DNA of 64,000 bases, taken from assembly GCA_963711835.1 (NCBI GenBank), contig CAVQFQ010000012.1:1-64000 (forward strand), in the 5' to 3' direction. A model generated the notes under the pieces. That model was not told the DNA's origin. It did not search any database and saw only the letters and a list, made by a program, of their open reading frames with translations. This document shows, piece by piece, positions 46,006 through 56,063 of the stretch (its first letter is position 1; every line of letters starts with the position of its first letter). This DNA comes from an uncultured delta proteobacterium. Its GTDB lineage: Bacteria > Desulfobacterota > RBG-13-43-22. Made by a program: the position numbers and the translations under genes.

Positions 46006-47697
46006 TCAGCTATCCAGGATCTCTCTAATCCTTCCGATTAATTCGTCTTCCCGATAGGGCTTCTGAATAAAGCCGCCTACCCCTTCCCTGAGGATTTCCT
46101 CGACCTCACCGTGGGTGCTGTACCCTGAAGACAGGAGGACCTTGATGACCGGATCGATTTCCCTTAACCTGAAAAAGGTTTCCTTGCCTCCCTGACCGGG
46201 CATCATGACATCCAGGACGACCAGGGCAATTTCAGACTGGTACTCCCGGTAAATCTGAAGGGCCTCCTCTCCACTGGAAGCGGTCAGGACCTTATAACCC
46301 ATATCCTCAAGAATGTCAGCCCCTAATTGGCGGATGATTTCCTCGTCGTCCACCAGCAGGATCGTTTCCGAACCTCTCCGGCCCCTTAAAGGAGGCAGGG
46401 AAGCGGAAGGGATTGGTAGCACCGGATGGGCAGGCAGGAAGAGATCGAAGGTGGTCCCCTTCCCTTCCTCACTTTGAAAATCAAGATAGCCGCCGTGATT
46501 TTGGATGATGCCGTAGACCATGGAAAGCCCCAGCCCGGTTCCCCTTCCCGGCTCCTTGGTAGTAAAAAAGGGCTCAAAGATCTGGGAACGGATCTCCTCT
46601 CCGATCCCCATTCCGGTGTCGGTCAGGCTGATTTTGACATACTCGCCCTCTTTCCAGCCGCGCTGTTGTAAAGCCAGGTCGTGGGAAACGGTCTGATTTT
46701 TCGTGACGATTCTTAGGGTCCCCCCCTGGGGCATGGCATCACGGGCATTCAAACAGAGATTCATCAGGGACTGCTGAAGCTGGATTCCATCCCCCTCTAT
46801 CGGATGCAACTGCGGGTCCAGATCAACCTCCAGGGTGATGCGGCGATCAATGGTCCGGCCCAGGAGTTGGATCAGTTCCCGAATCAAGGCGTTGCAGTTG
46901 ATGGGCTTGACTTCATATTTCCCCCTCCGGGCAAAGCCCAAAAGCTGTTTGGTCAACTCGGCGGCCTTTTGGGAAGACCGTTCAATATTGACGACCGGGT
47001 GGAACAGGGGATGGTCGGGAGTCAGCTTTTTTTTGACAAAGGAAGCGTACCCCAGAATCCCGCCTAAAAGATTATTGAAATCATGGGCAATCCCGCCGGC
47101 CAGGTTTCCGATGGATTCCATCTTCTGGGCCTGAAGGAGCTGTTCTTCCAGCTTCTTATGGTCCGTTATATCCCGGGCGATTCCCATGGCGCCGATGACC
47201 TTCCCGTCCTCATCGAGGATGGGGGCGGCGCTCCCTGAAAAGTAGCGTTTCTTTCCATCCTTTCGAAGGTATTGCCAGCGGATATTTTCAACGCTCTTGC
47301 CGAAAAACCTGACCTCCTTAAAAACCTGGACCAGAAAGTGGTGTTCTTCGGCGGGAGCGAAATGAACAAAATATTTCCCCAATACTTCCGATTCTTCGTG
47401 TCCCAGGATTTTCTTCCAATGGGGGCCGATATAGCTTAGGGAACCGTCCAAGTCCAGGGCAAAAATGATATCCGGGATGCTTTCAATCAGGGAGCGGTAT
47501 TTCCGCTCCGAGGCTCGCAGCTTTTCTTCGGAAAGGCGCAGGCTTTGGATGGCCTGCTGGTATTCGTCATCCCGGGGTCGCGCCCTTTCTTTCGGTTTTT
47601 TAGACGGCTTTTTTGTTTTCAAGGGGCTGCTTTTCATTCGAAGGGCCTCCGCTTTCCCTGGGCTATTTTCTTTAATTAAAACAACAAAGTCAATCAC
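46006..47697 (-). CDS. PAS-domain hybrid sensor histidine kinase / response regulator (start may be 47637)
   Basis: PAS domain; [10 protein letters not shown]-box; NARDAM; GTGLGL; receiver LLVDDE...LDVMMP. Confidence 0.95.
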   Translation of the reverse strand: MIDFVVLIKENSPGKAEALRMKSSPLKTKKPSKKPKERARPRDDEYQQAIQSLRLSEEKLRASERKYRSLIESIPDIIFALDLDGSLSYIGPHWKKILGHEESEVLGKYFVHFAPAEEHHFLVQVFKEVRFFGKSVENIRWQYLRKDGKKRYFSGSAAPILDEDGKVIGAMGIARDITDHKKLEEQLLQAQKMESIGNLAGGIAHDFNNLLGGILGYASFVKKKLTPDHPLFHPVVNIERSSQKAAELTKQLLGFARRGKYEVKPINCNALIRELIQLLGRTIDRRITLEVDLDPQLHPIEGDGIQLQQSLMNLCLNARDAMPQGGTLRIVTKNQTVSHDLALQQRGWKEGEYVKISLTDTGMGIGEEIRSQIFEPFFTTKEPGRGTGLGLSMVYGIIQNHGGYLDFQSEEGKGTTFDLFLPAHPVLPIPSASLPPLRGRRGSETILLVDDEEIIRQLGADILEDMGYKVLTASSGEEALQIYREYQSEIALVVLDVMMPGQGGKETFFRLREIDPVIKVLLSSGYSTHGEVEEILREGVGGFIQKPYREDELIGRIREILDS

Positions 47698-47739
47698 TAC
47701 TAATTATAATAAAGGAGAATACCAACGGGTAGAGCGGGG

Positions 47740-48141
47740 CTAACCGGCCATTCGGGTAAAGAGTTCAACGGAATGGAAGCGACGGATGGCGGCCGGAGCC
47801 GGCCAACTGACCTTGACCAGGATATCCGCCAAAGATACCGCGCTTCCTTTTTGCACCGATGTTTCTCGCTGGAAGACCGTCTGGAGGCCGCCGATCCGGA
47901 TGTCGGATTCAACCTGGGCTTCCAATTCCGCGTAAGGGGTGGCCTTCAAGATCTCGATCTTTTCCTGGGCCAATTGAAGAGCCACGGTATTTAAGTAACT
48001 GTATTGATTGGTCCTGATAACCGTCAGCAACAAAGCCGAGAGAAACAGGAGTCCGATACTCAGGATGCCCAGGGCCAGGACCAGTTCCAGGATCGTGAAT
48101 CCCTGATGGTTGGGAGCATCTCTCATCATCAGCTTCCTCAT
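47740..48141 (-). CDS. Type IV prepilin-like protein (PilV-like)
   Basis: QG/FTILE prepilin peptidase site followed by a hydrophobic helix. Confidence 0.8.
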   Translation of the reverse strand: MRKLMMRDAPNHQGFTILELVLALGILSIGLLFLSALLLTVIRTNQYSYLNTVALQLAQEKIEILKATPYAELEAQVESDIRIGGLQTVFQRETSVQKGSAVSLADILVKVSWPAPAAIRRFHSVELFTRMAG

Positions 48142-48213
48142 CCTAACCGCCTTTCATTTAAAGTTCTTCTCCCTATAAGTTGGGAGTCTAAAATAATCCC
48201 AGACTAACATTCC

Positions 48214-48229
48214 AGCAAATTTAGGGCCA
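48214..48229 (-). promoter_or_regulatory. Sigma54 (-24/-12) promoter upstream of the prepilin gene
   Basis: TGGCCCTAAATTTGCT, i.e. GG-N10-GC. Confidence 0.7.
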
Positions 48230-48425
48230 AACCGGCCTACCGGCCGGTGCAATAGAGGCGTTTGGCTCTTAGTGTAAATTAACAAATAAAATCATTGAGT
48301 TTCTAATGAAAAACCCTTCGCAGGCTCGTGACGGTCTTTCCTGAATTCTTAATCGCGCCCCCCCCATACCCTTCATTCACACTCCGGCGAAAACCTTGTT
48401 CTCAGAAATGAGACCCATTTTCTCC

Positions 48426-48471
48426 TTGACTTTCGGCCGGATTCCCGATAAATTATCCATCAAACGATGGA
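48426..48471 (+). promoter_or_regulatory. Possible sigma70 promoter and palindromic TetR operator
   Basis: TTGACT-N17-TAAATT immediately followed by TCCATC-aaac-GATGGA. Confidence 0.55.
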
Positions 48472-48534
48472 AACATAAATTGGAGAAACCCGCTGGCCAC
48501 GCCCTTAGAGAAAGCCCGTAAAGACCCCGATTCC

Positions 48535-49131
48535 ATGAAGGCCCGGATCCTGACCGCGGCCCGCAGGATCTTCGGTGAATACGGCTTTCACGGCACGACC
48601 ACCCGCATGATCGCCCGCAAGGTAGGGATTGATATCTCAACCCTCTATTATCATTGGGGCGAGAAAGGGGATCTCTACGAAGCGGTCATTCTGGATATCA
48701 ATGAGGATTTGCGCCAAAAGCTCATCCAGGTGGAAGGCCTGATTCATGGCCTGCCCTTAAGCCAGCGCATGGCGATTTCCATTGATGAAATGACCGATTA
48801 TCTCTTTAAAAACCCCGAGGTCTCCAACCTGGTCCTTTTCCGCTATTTCGGCAAGACCCGCCGGGAAACCCATCTGGACTTTCAGGTCCCCGAATTCATC
48901 TCGGACATTGCCCGCTCCATGGGTCTGTGCCGGGATAAGAAGAGCGTGCCGGTTCGGGCCCGGATGCAGGTCCTGGCCATCATGAATGCCATCCATAATT
49001 TTATTTCAGGAGAGAATTTTTTCCGCCCCATGCTCAAGATAGAACGCCGGGAATACATGGCCTTAGTTAAAGAAACCTTAAAATTTGTTTTGATTCCTGC
49101 CTTTACCCAATCCGAACCCAGGAAAGGGTAA
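48535..49131 (+). CDS. TetR/AcrR-family transcriptional regulator (true start may be 48493)
   Basis: ILTAARRIFGEYGFHGTTTRMIARKVGIDISTLYYHW helix-turn-helix. Confidence 0.93.
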   Translation: MKARILTAARRIFGEYGFHGTTTRMIARKVGIDISTLYYHWGEKGDLYEAVILDINEDLRQKLIQVEGLIHGLPLSQRMAISIDEMTDYLFKNPEVSNLVLFRYFGKTRRETHLDFQVPEFISDIARSMGLCRDKKSVPVRARMQVLAIMNAIHNFISGENFFRPMLKIERREYMALVKETLKFVLIPAFTQSEPRKG

Positions 49132-49187
49132 CGGGGAGGCTTCAGGAGTGATCACGAATCCATCACCTTCACAAGGAGGGAGAAAAA

Positions 49188-51311
49188 ATGGCCCTTAATC
49201 TGGATGCCCTTGGTAAAAAAATCGGCCCCTTTACAAAAACCTACTCCTGGAAAGACACGGTGCTCTACGCCCTCGGCGTCGGGGCCGGTTTCTCCGATCT
49301 TAACTACTGCTACGAGAAGGATCTCAAAGTCCTGCCGAGCTTCGGCATTGTCACCCTTTATGATTTCATGCCCCAGCTCGCCGCCGAAAGCAACGTCAAT
49401 CTGGCCGGGGTGCTGCACGGCGAGCAGGAGCTTATTTTTTATAACCCTATTCCGACGGAAGGGACCCTGACTACGGAAGGGGCCATCACCCACTACTACG
49501 ATAAGGGGCCGGGCAAAGGGGCCCTCATCGTGGCCGAATTCGACACCCATCACTCCAACGGGCAAAGACTTTTTACCAGTATTGTGACCGTCTTCGCCCG
49601 CTTGGACGGTGGCTTCAACGGACCGGAGGCCCCCAGAAGGGAAATCCCTTTCCCGAACCGCGCCCCGGATTTCGAAATCCCGGCCGCTCCTTCCGATGAC
49701 CAGCCGCTGATCTACCGGCTTTCCGGAGACATTTTCGCCCTTCATGTGGATACGGATTTTGCCAAGATGGCCGGGTTTGAAAAGCCCATTATGCACGGGT
49801 TGTGCACCCACGGGTATGCCGGCCGGGCCCTGATTGAAACCCTGGTCCCGGGAAAGCCGGAAAAGGTGCGTCGCCTGGTCTGCCGGTTCCGAAGCCCCCT
49901 CTACCCCGGGACCCCCTTCAAGACCCTGATCTGGAAAGAAGGAGACGGGAAAGCCCTCTGGCGGGTTGTCAACGCTTCAACCGGCGAAATAGTTATTGAT
50001 AACGGGATCTTTGAATACGGGGATATCCCAAAAGAAGAGATTCGTTTTGACGATCGGGTAGCCATTGTGACCGGGGCCGGGGCCGGCCTGGGCCGGGACT
50101 ATGCCCTGGAACTGGCCAGGCGGGGCGCCAGGGTGGTCGTCAATGACCTGGGCGGGGCCCGTGACGGCAGCGGCCAAGGCTCCAACCGGGCCGCCGACCT
50201 GGTGGTGGAGGAAATCAAGGCCCTGGGAGGACAGGCCGTGGCCAGTTATGATTCCGTGGCCACCCCCGAGGGCGGCCAGGCCATTGTCCAGAAGGCCGTC
50301 GAGGCCTTCGGCCGGGTAGACATCCTGATCAATAACGCCGGCATCCTCCGCGACAAAACCCTGGCCAAGATGGAGCCCGAATCCTGGAACACCGTCCTGG
50401 CCGTCCACCTGGACGGGGCCTATCACGTCAGCCGGCCGGCCTTCATCAAGATGCGGGAACAGGGCTACGGCCGGATCGTCATGACCACCTCGGCGGCCGG
50501 TCTTTTCGGTAACTTCGGCCAGACCAACTACTCGGCGGCTAAGATGGGCCTGGTGGGCCTGATGAACACCTTGAAGCTCGAGGGCGAGAAACACAACATC
50601 AAGGTCAATACCGTCGCCCCGGTGGCGGCTACCCGGCTCACTGAAGACGTCCTGCCGCCCGATCTCTTCCAAAAACTGAAACCGGAATTCGTTACCCCCC
50701 TGGTGCTCTACCTCTGCTCCGAGCAATGCCCGGTCACCGGCGGAATCTACAACGCCGGCGCCGGATTTTTCAACCGCGCCGCCCTCCTTACTGGCCCAGG
50801 CCTTTCGCTTAGTTCCGGCCAAACTATTCCCTCTCCGGAGGACGTTGCCGAACATTGGGCTGAGATCCTCTCCCTCAACGGAGCCCAGGAGTATGGTAAT
50901 GCCGCCATGGCTTTAGGGGCCATGATGGAAGGCCCCCCGGCCGAGGCCACAGGGTCGCGGGCGGCCCAAGCGGCCCAGCCGGCGGCGACCGCCACGACGG
51001 TCAAGGGGATTTTTGAGCGCATGCCTCAGGCCTTTCAGGCCGATAAAGCCGCCGGGGTGGAGGTGGTCTTCCAGTTTCGGATCTCCGGTCCGGACGGTGG
51101 GGATTGGCAGGTAGCCATTAAGGGAAATACCTGCCAGGTCTCCCCGGGCATCCAAAAGTCGCCCACCACCACCATCCAGATGGCTGATGGGGATTTCGTG
51201 GACTTGATTGGGGGCAGACTTAAGGCCATGCAGGCCTATACCACCGGAAAACTGAAAATCGAAGGGGACCTGATGAAGTCCCAGCTCATAGAGAAATTAT
51301 TCAAGTTTTAA
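49188..51311 (+). CDS. Fusion: MaoC/hydratase-2 dehydratase + SDR 3-hydroxyacyl-CoA dehydrogenase + SCP2
   Basis: YRLSGDIFALHVD and PIMHGLCT (hydratase 2); TGAGAGLG, NNAGILRD and YSAAK (SDR); GKLKIEGDLMKSQ (SCP2). Confidence 0.9.
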   Translation: MALNLDALGKKIGPFTKTYSWKDTVLYALGVGAGFSDLNYCYEKDLKVLPSFGIVTLYDFMPQLAAESNVNLAGVLHGEQELIFYNPIPTEGTLTTEGAITHYYDKGPGKGALIVAEFDTHHSNGQRLFTSIVTVFARLDGGFNGPEAPRREIPFPNRAPDFEIPAAPSDDQPLIYRLSGDIFALHVDTDFAKMAGFEKPIMHGLCTHGYAGRALIETLVPGKPEKVRRLVCRFRSPLYPGTPFKTLIWKEGDGKALWRVVNASTGEIVIDNGIFEYGDIPKEEIRFDDRVAIVTGAGAGLGRDYALELARRGARVVVNDLGGARDGSGQGSNRAADLVVEEIKALGGQAVASYDSVATPEGGQAIVQKAVEAFGRVDILINNAGILRDKTLAKMEPESWNTVLAVHLDGAYHVSRPAFIKMREQGYGRIVMTTSAAGLFGNFGQTNYSAAKMGLVGLMNTLKLEGEKHNIKVNTVAPVAATRLTEDVLPPDLFQKLKPEFVTPLVLYLCSEQCPVTGGIYNAGAGFFNRAALLTGPGLSLSSGQTIPSPEDVAEHWAEILSLNGAQEYGNAAMALGAMMEGPPAEATGSRAAQAAQPAATATTVKGIFERMPQAFQADKAAGVEVVFQFRISGPDGGDWQVAIKGNTCQVSPGIQKSPTTTIQMADGDFVDLIGGRLKAMQAYTTGKLKIEGDLMKSQLIEKLFKF
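50043..50723 (+). repeat. SDR-coding duplicated segment, copy 1
   Basis: 681 bp nearly identical to 52916-53596. Confidence 0.95.
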
Positions 51312-51415
51312 CCCGATAGCTCGCGAGGGCGAAAGGGCGTGAGAGCGATGGAGGATCTAAAGTTCCCCTTCCGCCTTGCACCCCACGCCTTACGCCAGTG
51401 GATAAGGAGGTACGT

Positions 51416-54184
51416 ATGGTAGGTATCACATCATTTGGTGGCTACATCCCCCGGCTGCGACTCAACCGTATGAGCGCTTTTCAACACATGGGTTGGCTTG
51501 CACCGGCCATTATTATGGTGGCTCAGGGGGAGCGGGCCTTTTGCAACTGGGACGAGGACAGCTTGACCATGGCTGTGGCGGCCTCCCAGGACTGTCTGAG
51601 GGGATTGGATAAGAAGCAGACCGACGGACTTTTCCTGGCCTCCACCACCCTGCCCTTTGCCGACCGATCGAATGCCGGGGTTGTTCAGACCGCACTCAAT
51701 CTCAAGGACGATTTTGAGGTCCACGATTTCACCTCCTCCCCCCGGGCCGGCACCGGCGCCCTGCTGGCGGCCCTGTCCACCGTGCAAGCCGGGGACCGCA
51801 AACAGGTCCTGGTCACGGCTACAGACAAGCGTGAGTCTAAATCCGCCTATTTTTATGAATTGTGGTTTGGAGACGGCGCCGCGTCGCTGCTGGTGGGTGA
51901 TTCCGATGTCATCGCGGAGTACAAAGGGTCCTATTCCCTTTCTTATGACTTTGTAGACCACTATCGCGGGGCCCGCAATCAATTCGACTATATGTGGGAA
52001 GAACGATGGGTGCGGGATGAAGGCTATGCGAAGATCATTCCCGAGGCGGTTACCGGTCTCTTTAACAAACTTTCGATCTCCATGGATGATGTGGACAAGC
52101 TGGTTTTTCCCTGCTTCTTCAAGGCCGAGCACAGAAACATCGCCAAAAAATTAGGGGCTACGGCTGAAAAGGTCCAGGACAACCTGCACGAGGTCTGCGG
52201 AGAAACAGGGGCGGCCCATGCCCTGGTCATGTTTATCGCCGCCCTGGAACAGGCCAAACCCGGGGATCGCATCCTTCTGGCCGGATTTGGCCAAGGCTGT
52301 GATGCCCTGTACTTTCAGGTAACGGAAAATATCCTCAAACTGCCGCCCCGAACCGGTGTTAAGGGCTCTCTGGCCAACAAGAATATCACCGATAATTATC
52401 CAAAATTTTTAAAATTCAGGGAATTGATCCAGACCGAAATGGGTATCCGGGCCGAGGCCCCCACTCAAACCGCCATGACGGTCTTGTGGCGGAAGCGTAA
52501 AATGATCCTGGGCATGGTGGGGGGACGCTGCCGGGAATGCGGCACCCCTCAGTTCCCCAAAATGGATATTTGCGTTAATCCGGCCTGCCATAAACGCTAC
52601 ACCCAGGAGGATTATGAATTTGCCGAGCAACCGGCTTTTATCAAAACCTTCACCGGAGACCTGCTGACGGTCTCGGTCGATCCTCCGGCCGTCTATGGCA
52701 TGGTCCAATTTGAAAGCGGCGGCCGCTATATGGCTGACTTCACCGATTGTGAACTATCCGATGTCCGGGTCGGGCAGCCGGTTAAACTGGCTTTCAGAAG
52801 GCGCTACACCGACAAGGAGCGAGGATTCAGCGGTTACTTCTGGAAAGCGGTTCCCCTGCCTGTCCCTAAGGAGGAAAAAGCCAAGGAAGCCATCAAGGAA
52901 AAGGCCGCCCCGATACGTTTTGACGATCGGGTAGCGATTGTGACCGGGGCCGGAGCCGGCCTGGGCCGGGACTATGCCCTGGAACTGGCCAGGCGGGGCG
53001 CCAGGGTGGTCGTCAATGACCTGGGCGGGGCCCGCGACGGCAGCGGCCAAGGCTCCAACCGGGCCGCCGACCTGGTGGTGGAGGAAATCAAGGCCCTGGG
53101 AGGACAGGCCGTGGCCAGTTATGATTCCGTGGCCACCCCCGAGGGCGGCCAGGCCATTGTCCAGAAGGCCGTCGAGGCCTTCGGCCGGGTAGACATCCTG
53201 ATCAATAACGCCGGCATCCTCCGCGACAAGACCCTGGCCAAGATGGAGCCCGAATCCTGGAACACCGTCCTGGCCGTCCACCTGGACGGGGCCTATCACG
53301 TCAGCCGGCCGGCCTTCATCAAGATGCGGGAACAGGGCTACGGCCGGATCGTCATGACCACCTCGGCCGCCGGTCTTTTCGGTAACTTCGGCCAGACCAA
53401 CTACTCGGCGGCTAAGATGGGCCTGGTGGGCCTGATGAACACCTTGAAGCTCGAGGGCGAGAAACACAACATCAAGGTCAATACCGTCGCCCCGGTGGCG
53501 GCTACCCGGCTCACTGAAGACGTCCTGCCGCCCGATCTCTTCCAAAAACTGAAACCGGAATTCGTTACTCCCCTGGTGCTCTACCTCTGCTCCGAGGACT
53601 GCCGGGACACCGGCCTGATCATCAATGCCGGGGTGGGTTTTTTCAACCGGACGATTATCGTCAGCGGTCCCGGTACCCTTATCGGCGAGGGAAAAACCGT
53701 ACCTACCGTCGAGGCGATCCACCAAAACTGGAAGTCCCTCCAAACCCTGGAAGGGGCCCAGGAATATGGCAATGCCACCATCGCCCTGGGATCTATGATG
53801 GCCGGACCTCCGGCCAGGGCCCCCGAGCCTCAAACAGCTCAACCAGTCCAAACCGCCCCGGCCGCAACCTCGGTCCAGGGGGTTTTTGATCGTATGACCT
53901 CCGCCTTCCAGTCCGATAAGGCCGGCGGGGTGGACATGGTATTTCAGTATCGCATTTCCGGTCCGGGCGGAGGGGACTGGCAGGTCGTCATCAGGGACAA
54001 TGCCTGTCAGGTCTCCCCGGGTGTCCATCAGGCCCCCACCACCACCATCAAGATGGCCGACCAGGATTTTATTGCCCTTATTGAGGGCAGCCTGAAGGCC
54101 ATGCAGGCCTATACTACCGGCAAACTAAAGATCGAAGGCGATTTGATGAAGTCCCAATTGATTGAAAAATTATTCAAGTTTTAG
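51416..54184 (+). CDS. Fusion: HMG-CoA-synthase-like + DUF35 (Zn ribbon/OB-fold) + SDR + SCP2
   Basis: GGYIPRLRL, DEDSLTMAV and GDGAA; CRECG...CVNPAC followed by an OB fold; SDR and SCP2 as in the upstream gene; AAGGAGG RBS before the ATG at 51416. Confidence 0.9.
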   Translation: MVGITSFGGYIPRLRLNRMSAFQHMGWLAPAIIMVAQGERAFCNWDEDSLTMAVAASQDCLRGLDKKQTDGLFLASTTLPFADRSNAGVVQTALNLKDDFEVHDFTSSPRAGTGALLAALSTVQAGDRKQVLVTATDKRESKSAYFYELWFGDGAASLLVGDSDVIAEYKGSYSLSYDFVDHYRGARNQFDYMWEERWVRDEGYAKIIPEAVTGLFNKLSISMDDVDKLVFPCFFKAEHRNIAKKLGATAEKVQDNLHEVCGETGAAHALVMFIAALEQAKPGDRILLAGFGQGCDALYFQVTENILKLPPRTGVKGSLANKNITDNYPKFLKFRELIQTEMGIRAEAPTQTAMTVLWRKRKMILGMVGGRCRECGTPQFPKMDICVNPACHKRYTQEDYEFAEQPAFIKTFTGDLLTVSVDPPAVYGMVQFESGGRYMADFTDCELSDVRVGQPVKLAFRRRYTDKERGFSGYFWKAVPLPVPKEEKAKEAIKEKAAPIRFDDRVAIVTGAGAGLGRDYALELARRGARVVVNDLGGARDGSGQGSNRAADLVVEEIKALGGQAVASYDSVATPEGGQAIVQKAVEAFGRVDILINNAGILRDKTLAKMEPESWNTVLAVHLDGAYHVSRPAFIKMREQGYGRIVMTTSAAGLFGNFGQTNYSAAKMGLVGLMNTLKLEGEKHNIKVNTVAPVAATRLTEDVLPPDLFQKLKPEFVTPLVLYLCSEDCRDTGLIINAGVGFFNRTIIVSGPGTLIGEGKTVPTVEAIHQNWKSLQTLEGAQEYGNATIALGSMMAGPPARAPEPQTAQPVQTAPAATSVQGVFDRMTSAFQSDKAGGVDMVFQYRISGPGGGDWQVVIRDNACQVSPGVHQAPTTTIKMADQDFIALIEGSLKAMQAYTTGKLKIEGDLMKSQLIEKLFKF
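52916..53596 (+). repeat. SDR-coding duplicated segment, copy 2
   Basis: Offset 2873 bp from copy 1; the few differences seen are synonymous. Confidence 0.95.
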
Positions 54185-54227
54185 CTGCTGATAGCTGTCA
54201 GCTATCAGCTTTTATTAAGGAGGTTTT

Positions 54228-55439
54228 ATGGCTTCAGGAATAAAGGACAAAGTAGCTATCCTGGGCATGGGCTGCACCCGATTTGGGGAAAGATGGGACG
54301 TGGGCGCCGAGGAACTCATGGTTGAGGCCTTCAGCGAATGCCTTACCGACGCCGGGATCGAACCCGATGAAATTCAAGCCGCCTGGCTGGGGACCTGTAT
54401 CGACGAAGTCAATGTCGGCAAGAGCGCCCTGCCCCTCTCGGTGACCCTGCGCCTGCCCTTCATCCCGGTAACCCGGACTGAAAACTTCTGTGCCAGCGGC
54501 ACCGAATCCTTTCGGGGCGCCGTCTATGCGGTCGCCTCCGGGGCCTATGATATCTGCCTGGCTATGGGAGTAGAAAAATTGAAAGACACCGGCTACGGCG
54601 GTCTTCCTAATCCGGGCTCCAACTTCGGACCGTTAAACTGGCTCTGGTGGCCCAACATATCGGCCCCCGGCGCCTTTGCCCAACTGGCCAGCGCCTATGC
54701 CGCCAAGTATCACATCCCGAACCAGGATTTGAAAAGGGCCTTGGCCCATGTCTCCGTGAAAAGTCACGCCAACGGCGTACTCAACCCCAAAGCCCATCTG
54801 AGAAAACAGGTCACGGAGGATCAGGTCATGGCCGCCCCGATCATTGCTCACCCCCTGGGTTTGTTCGATTGCTGCGGCGTCAGTGACGGCGCCGCCTGCG
54901 CTATTGTCACCACCGTGGAAAAGGCCAAGGAAATGGGCCGGAAGGATTTCATCACCGTCAAAGCCCTCCAACTGGCCCTGAGCAACGGCGAGGAAATGGG
55001 CTACAACAACTGGGACGGCGATCACTTTATGACCACGGATAAGTGCAGCCTGAGGGCCTACCGGGAAGCCGGGATTAAGGATCCCCGCAAAGAAATCAGC
55101 ATGATGGAACTCCACGATTGTTTTTCCATCACCGAGATGGTCACCTATGAGGACCTGCACATTTCGGAACGGGGCCGGGCCGTCAAGGATGTCATGGATG
55201 GTTTCTACGACCTGAGAGGCGGCGGGGTGCCCGCCCAGGTCGATGGCGGCTTGAAATGCTTCGGGCATCCCATCGGGGCCTCAGGGCTGCGCATGCTTTA
55301 CGAGATGTATCTACAGTTCCATGGCCGGGCCGCTGAGCGGCAGATTCCCAACCCGCGTTTTGGATTAACCCACAACCTGGGGGGCGTGCCCCACATGAAT
55401 GTCTGCAGCATTGCCATCGTGGGCAAATACGAAAATTAA
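54228..55439 (+). CDS. Thiolase (SCPx-type acetyl-CoA acetyltransferase)
   Basis: ENFCASG, ELHDCF, GHPIGASG, HNLGG. Confidence 0.92.
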   Translation: MASGIKDKVAILGMGCTRFGERWDVGAEELMVEAFSECLTDAGIEPDEIQAAWLGTCIDEVNVGKSALPLSVTLRLPFIPVTRTENFCASGTESFRGAVYAVASGAYDICLAMGVEKLKDTGYGGLPNPGSNFGPLNWLWWPNISAPGAFAQLASAYAAKYHIPNQDLKRALAHVSVKSHANGVLNPKAHLRKQVTEDQVMAAPIIAHPLGLFDCCGVSDGAACAIVTTVEKAKEMGRKDFITVKALQLALSNGEEMGYNNWDGDHFMTTDKCSLRAYREAGIKDPRKEISMMELHDCFSITEMVTYEDLHISERGRAVKDVMDGFYDLRGGGVPAQVDGGLKCFGHPIGASGLRMLYEMYLQFHGRAAERQIPNPRFGLTHNLGGVPHMNVCSIAIVGKYEN

Positions 55440-55485
55440 TTATGTTGAGACAGTTAGAGGTTGGAGGAACCTCAAGCCTCAAGCC

Positions 55486-55836
55486 ATGGAGAAGATGTTA
55501 AACATCAAATGCATTATGAACTCCTCGGTCGAGGATATCCTGGCCTTTAAGACCTGCTGCGGTCTTAAGATGTTTGATCAGAATCTGGAAATTCACCTTA
55601 CCAATCAGGGGACCCGGCCGGTTCGGGTGCCCAGTTATTTCGATCTGGAAACAGCCGGGGAAACGAAACGGATTGAAACCCTTACCCCTTCCGGAGAACA
55701 GACCATCCCACCGGGAGACATTATGGCCTTTTACTGCACCATGGATGAGGGGCTCTGGAACAAGGCCCAAAAGCTCACTTTTTACGACACGGATGGCAAC
55801 CCTTACCCGGTCCCGATCTCAGAACCTATTACTTAG
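55486..55836 (+). CDS. Hypothetical protein (beta-rich, CC motif)
   Basis: ORF within the operon; KTCCGLK. Confidence 0.6.
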   Translation: MEKMLNIKCIMNSSVEDILAFKTCCGLKMFDQNLEIHLTNQGTRPVRVPSYFDLETAGETKRIETLTPSGEQTIPPGDIMAFYCTMDEGLWNKAQKLTFYDTDGNPYPVPISEPIT

Positions 55837-56063
55837 CGTGCTAATTCTAAATATACATTAATTTATGCAGGTGTCTCATCAACTCGCACCGGTGACTGCT
55901 GGTTTTGCCCGGAGAATAGCCTGCCCCGTAGGTATTAATACAGGGTCCTCCGGGCAAAGATAATAGTCCGCCGGCGCCTGCCCCGCGAACGCAACTGAAG
56001 CGGGGTCCGTGTATGTCTGTGGCTAAAAAATTTTCCCATGTTTTCAACTAAGGAGATTCTGAT

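Noticed and set aside
49977-54028. Long minus-strand ORFs (292 and 424 aa) opposite the SDR domains
   Set aside because: Antisense open frames are a known by-product of GC-rich SDR coding sequence.
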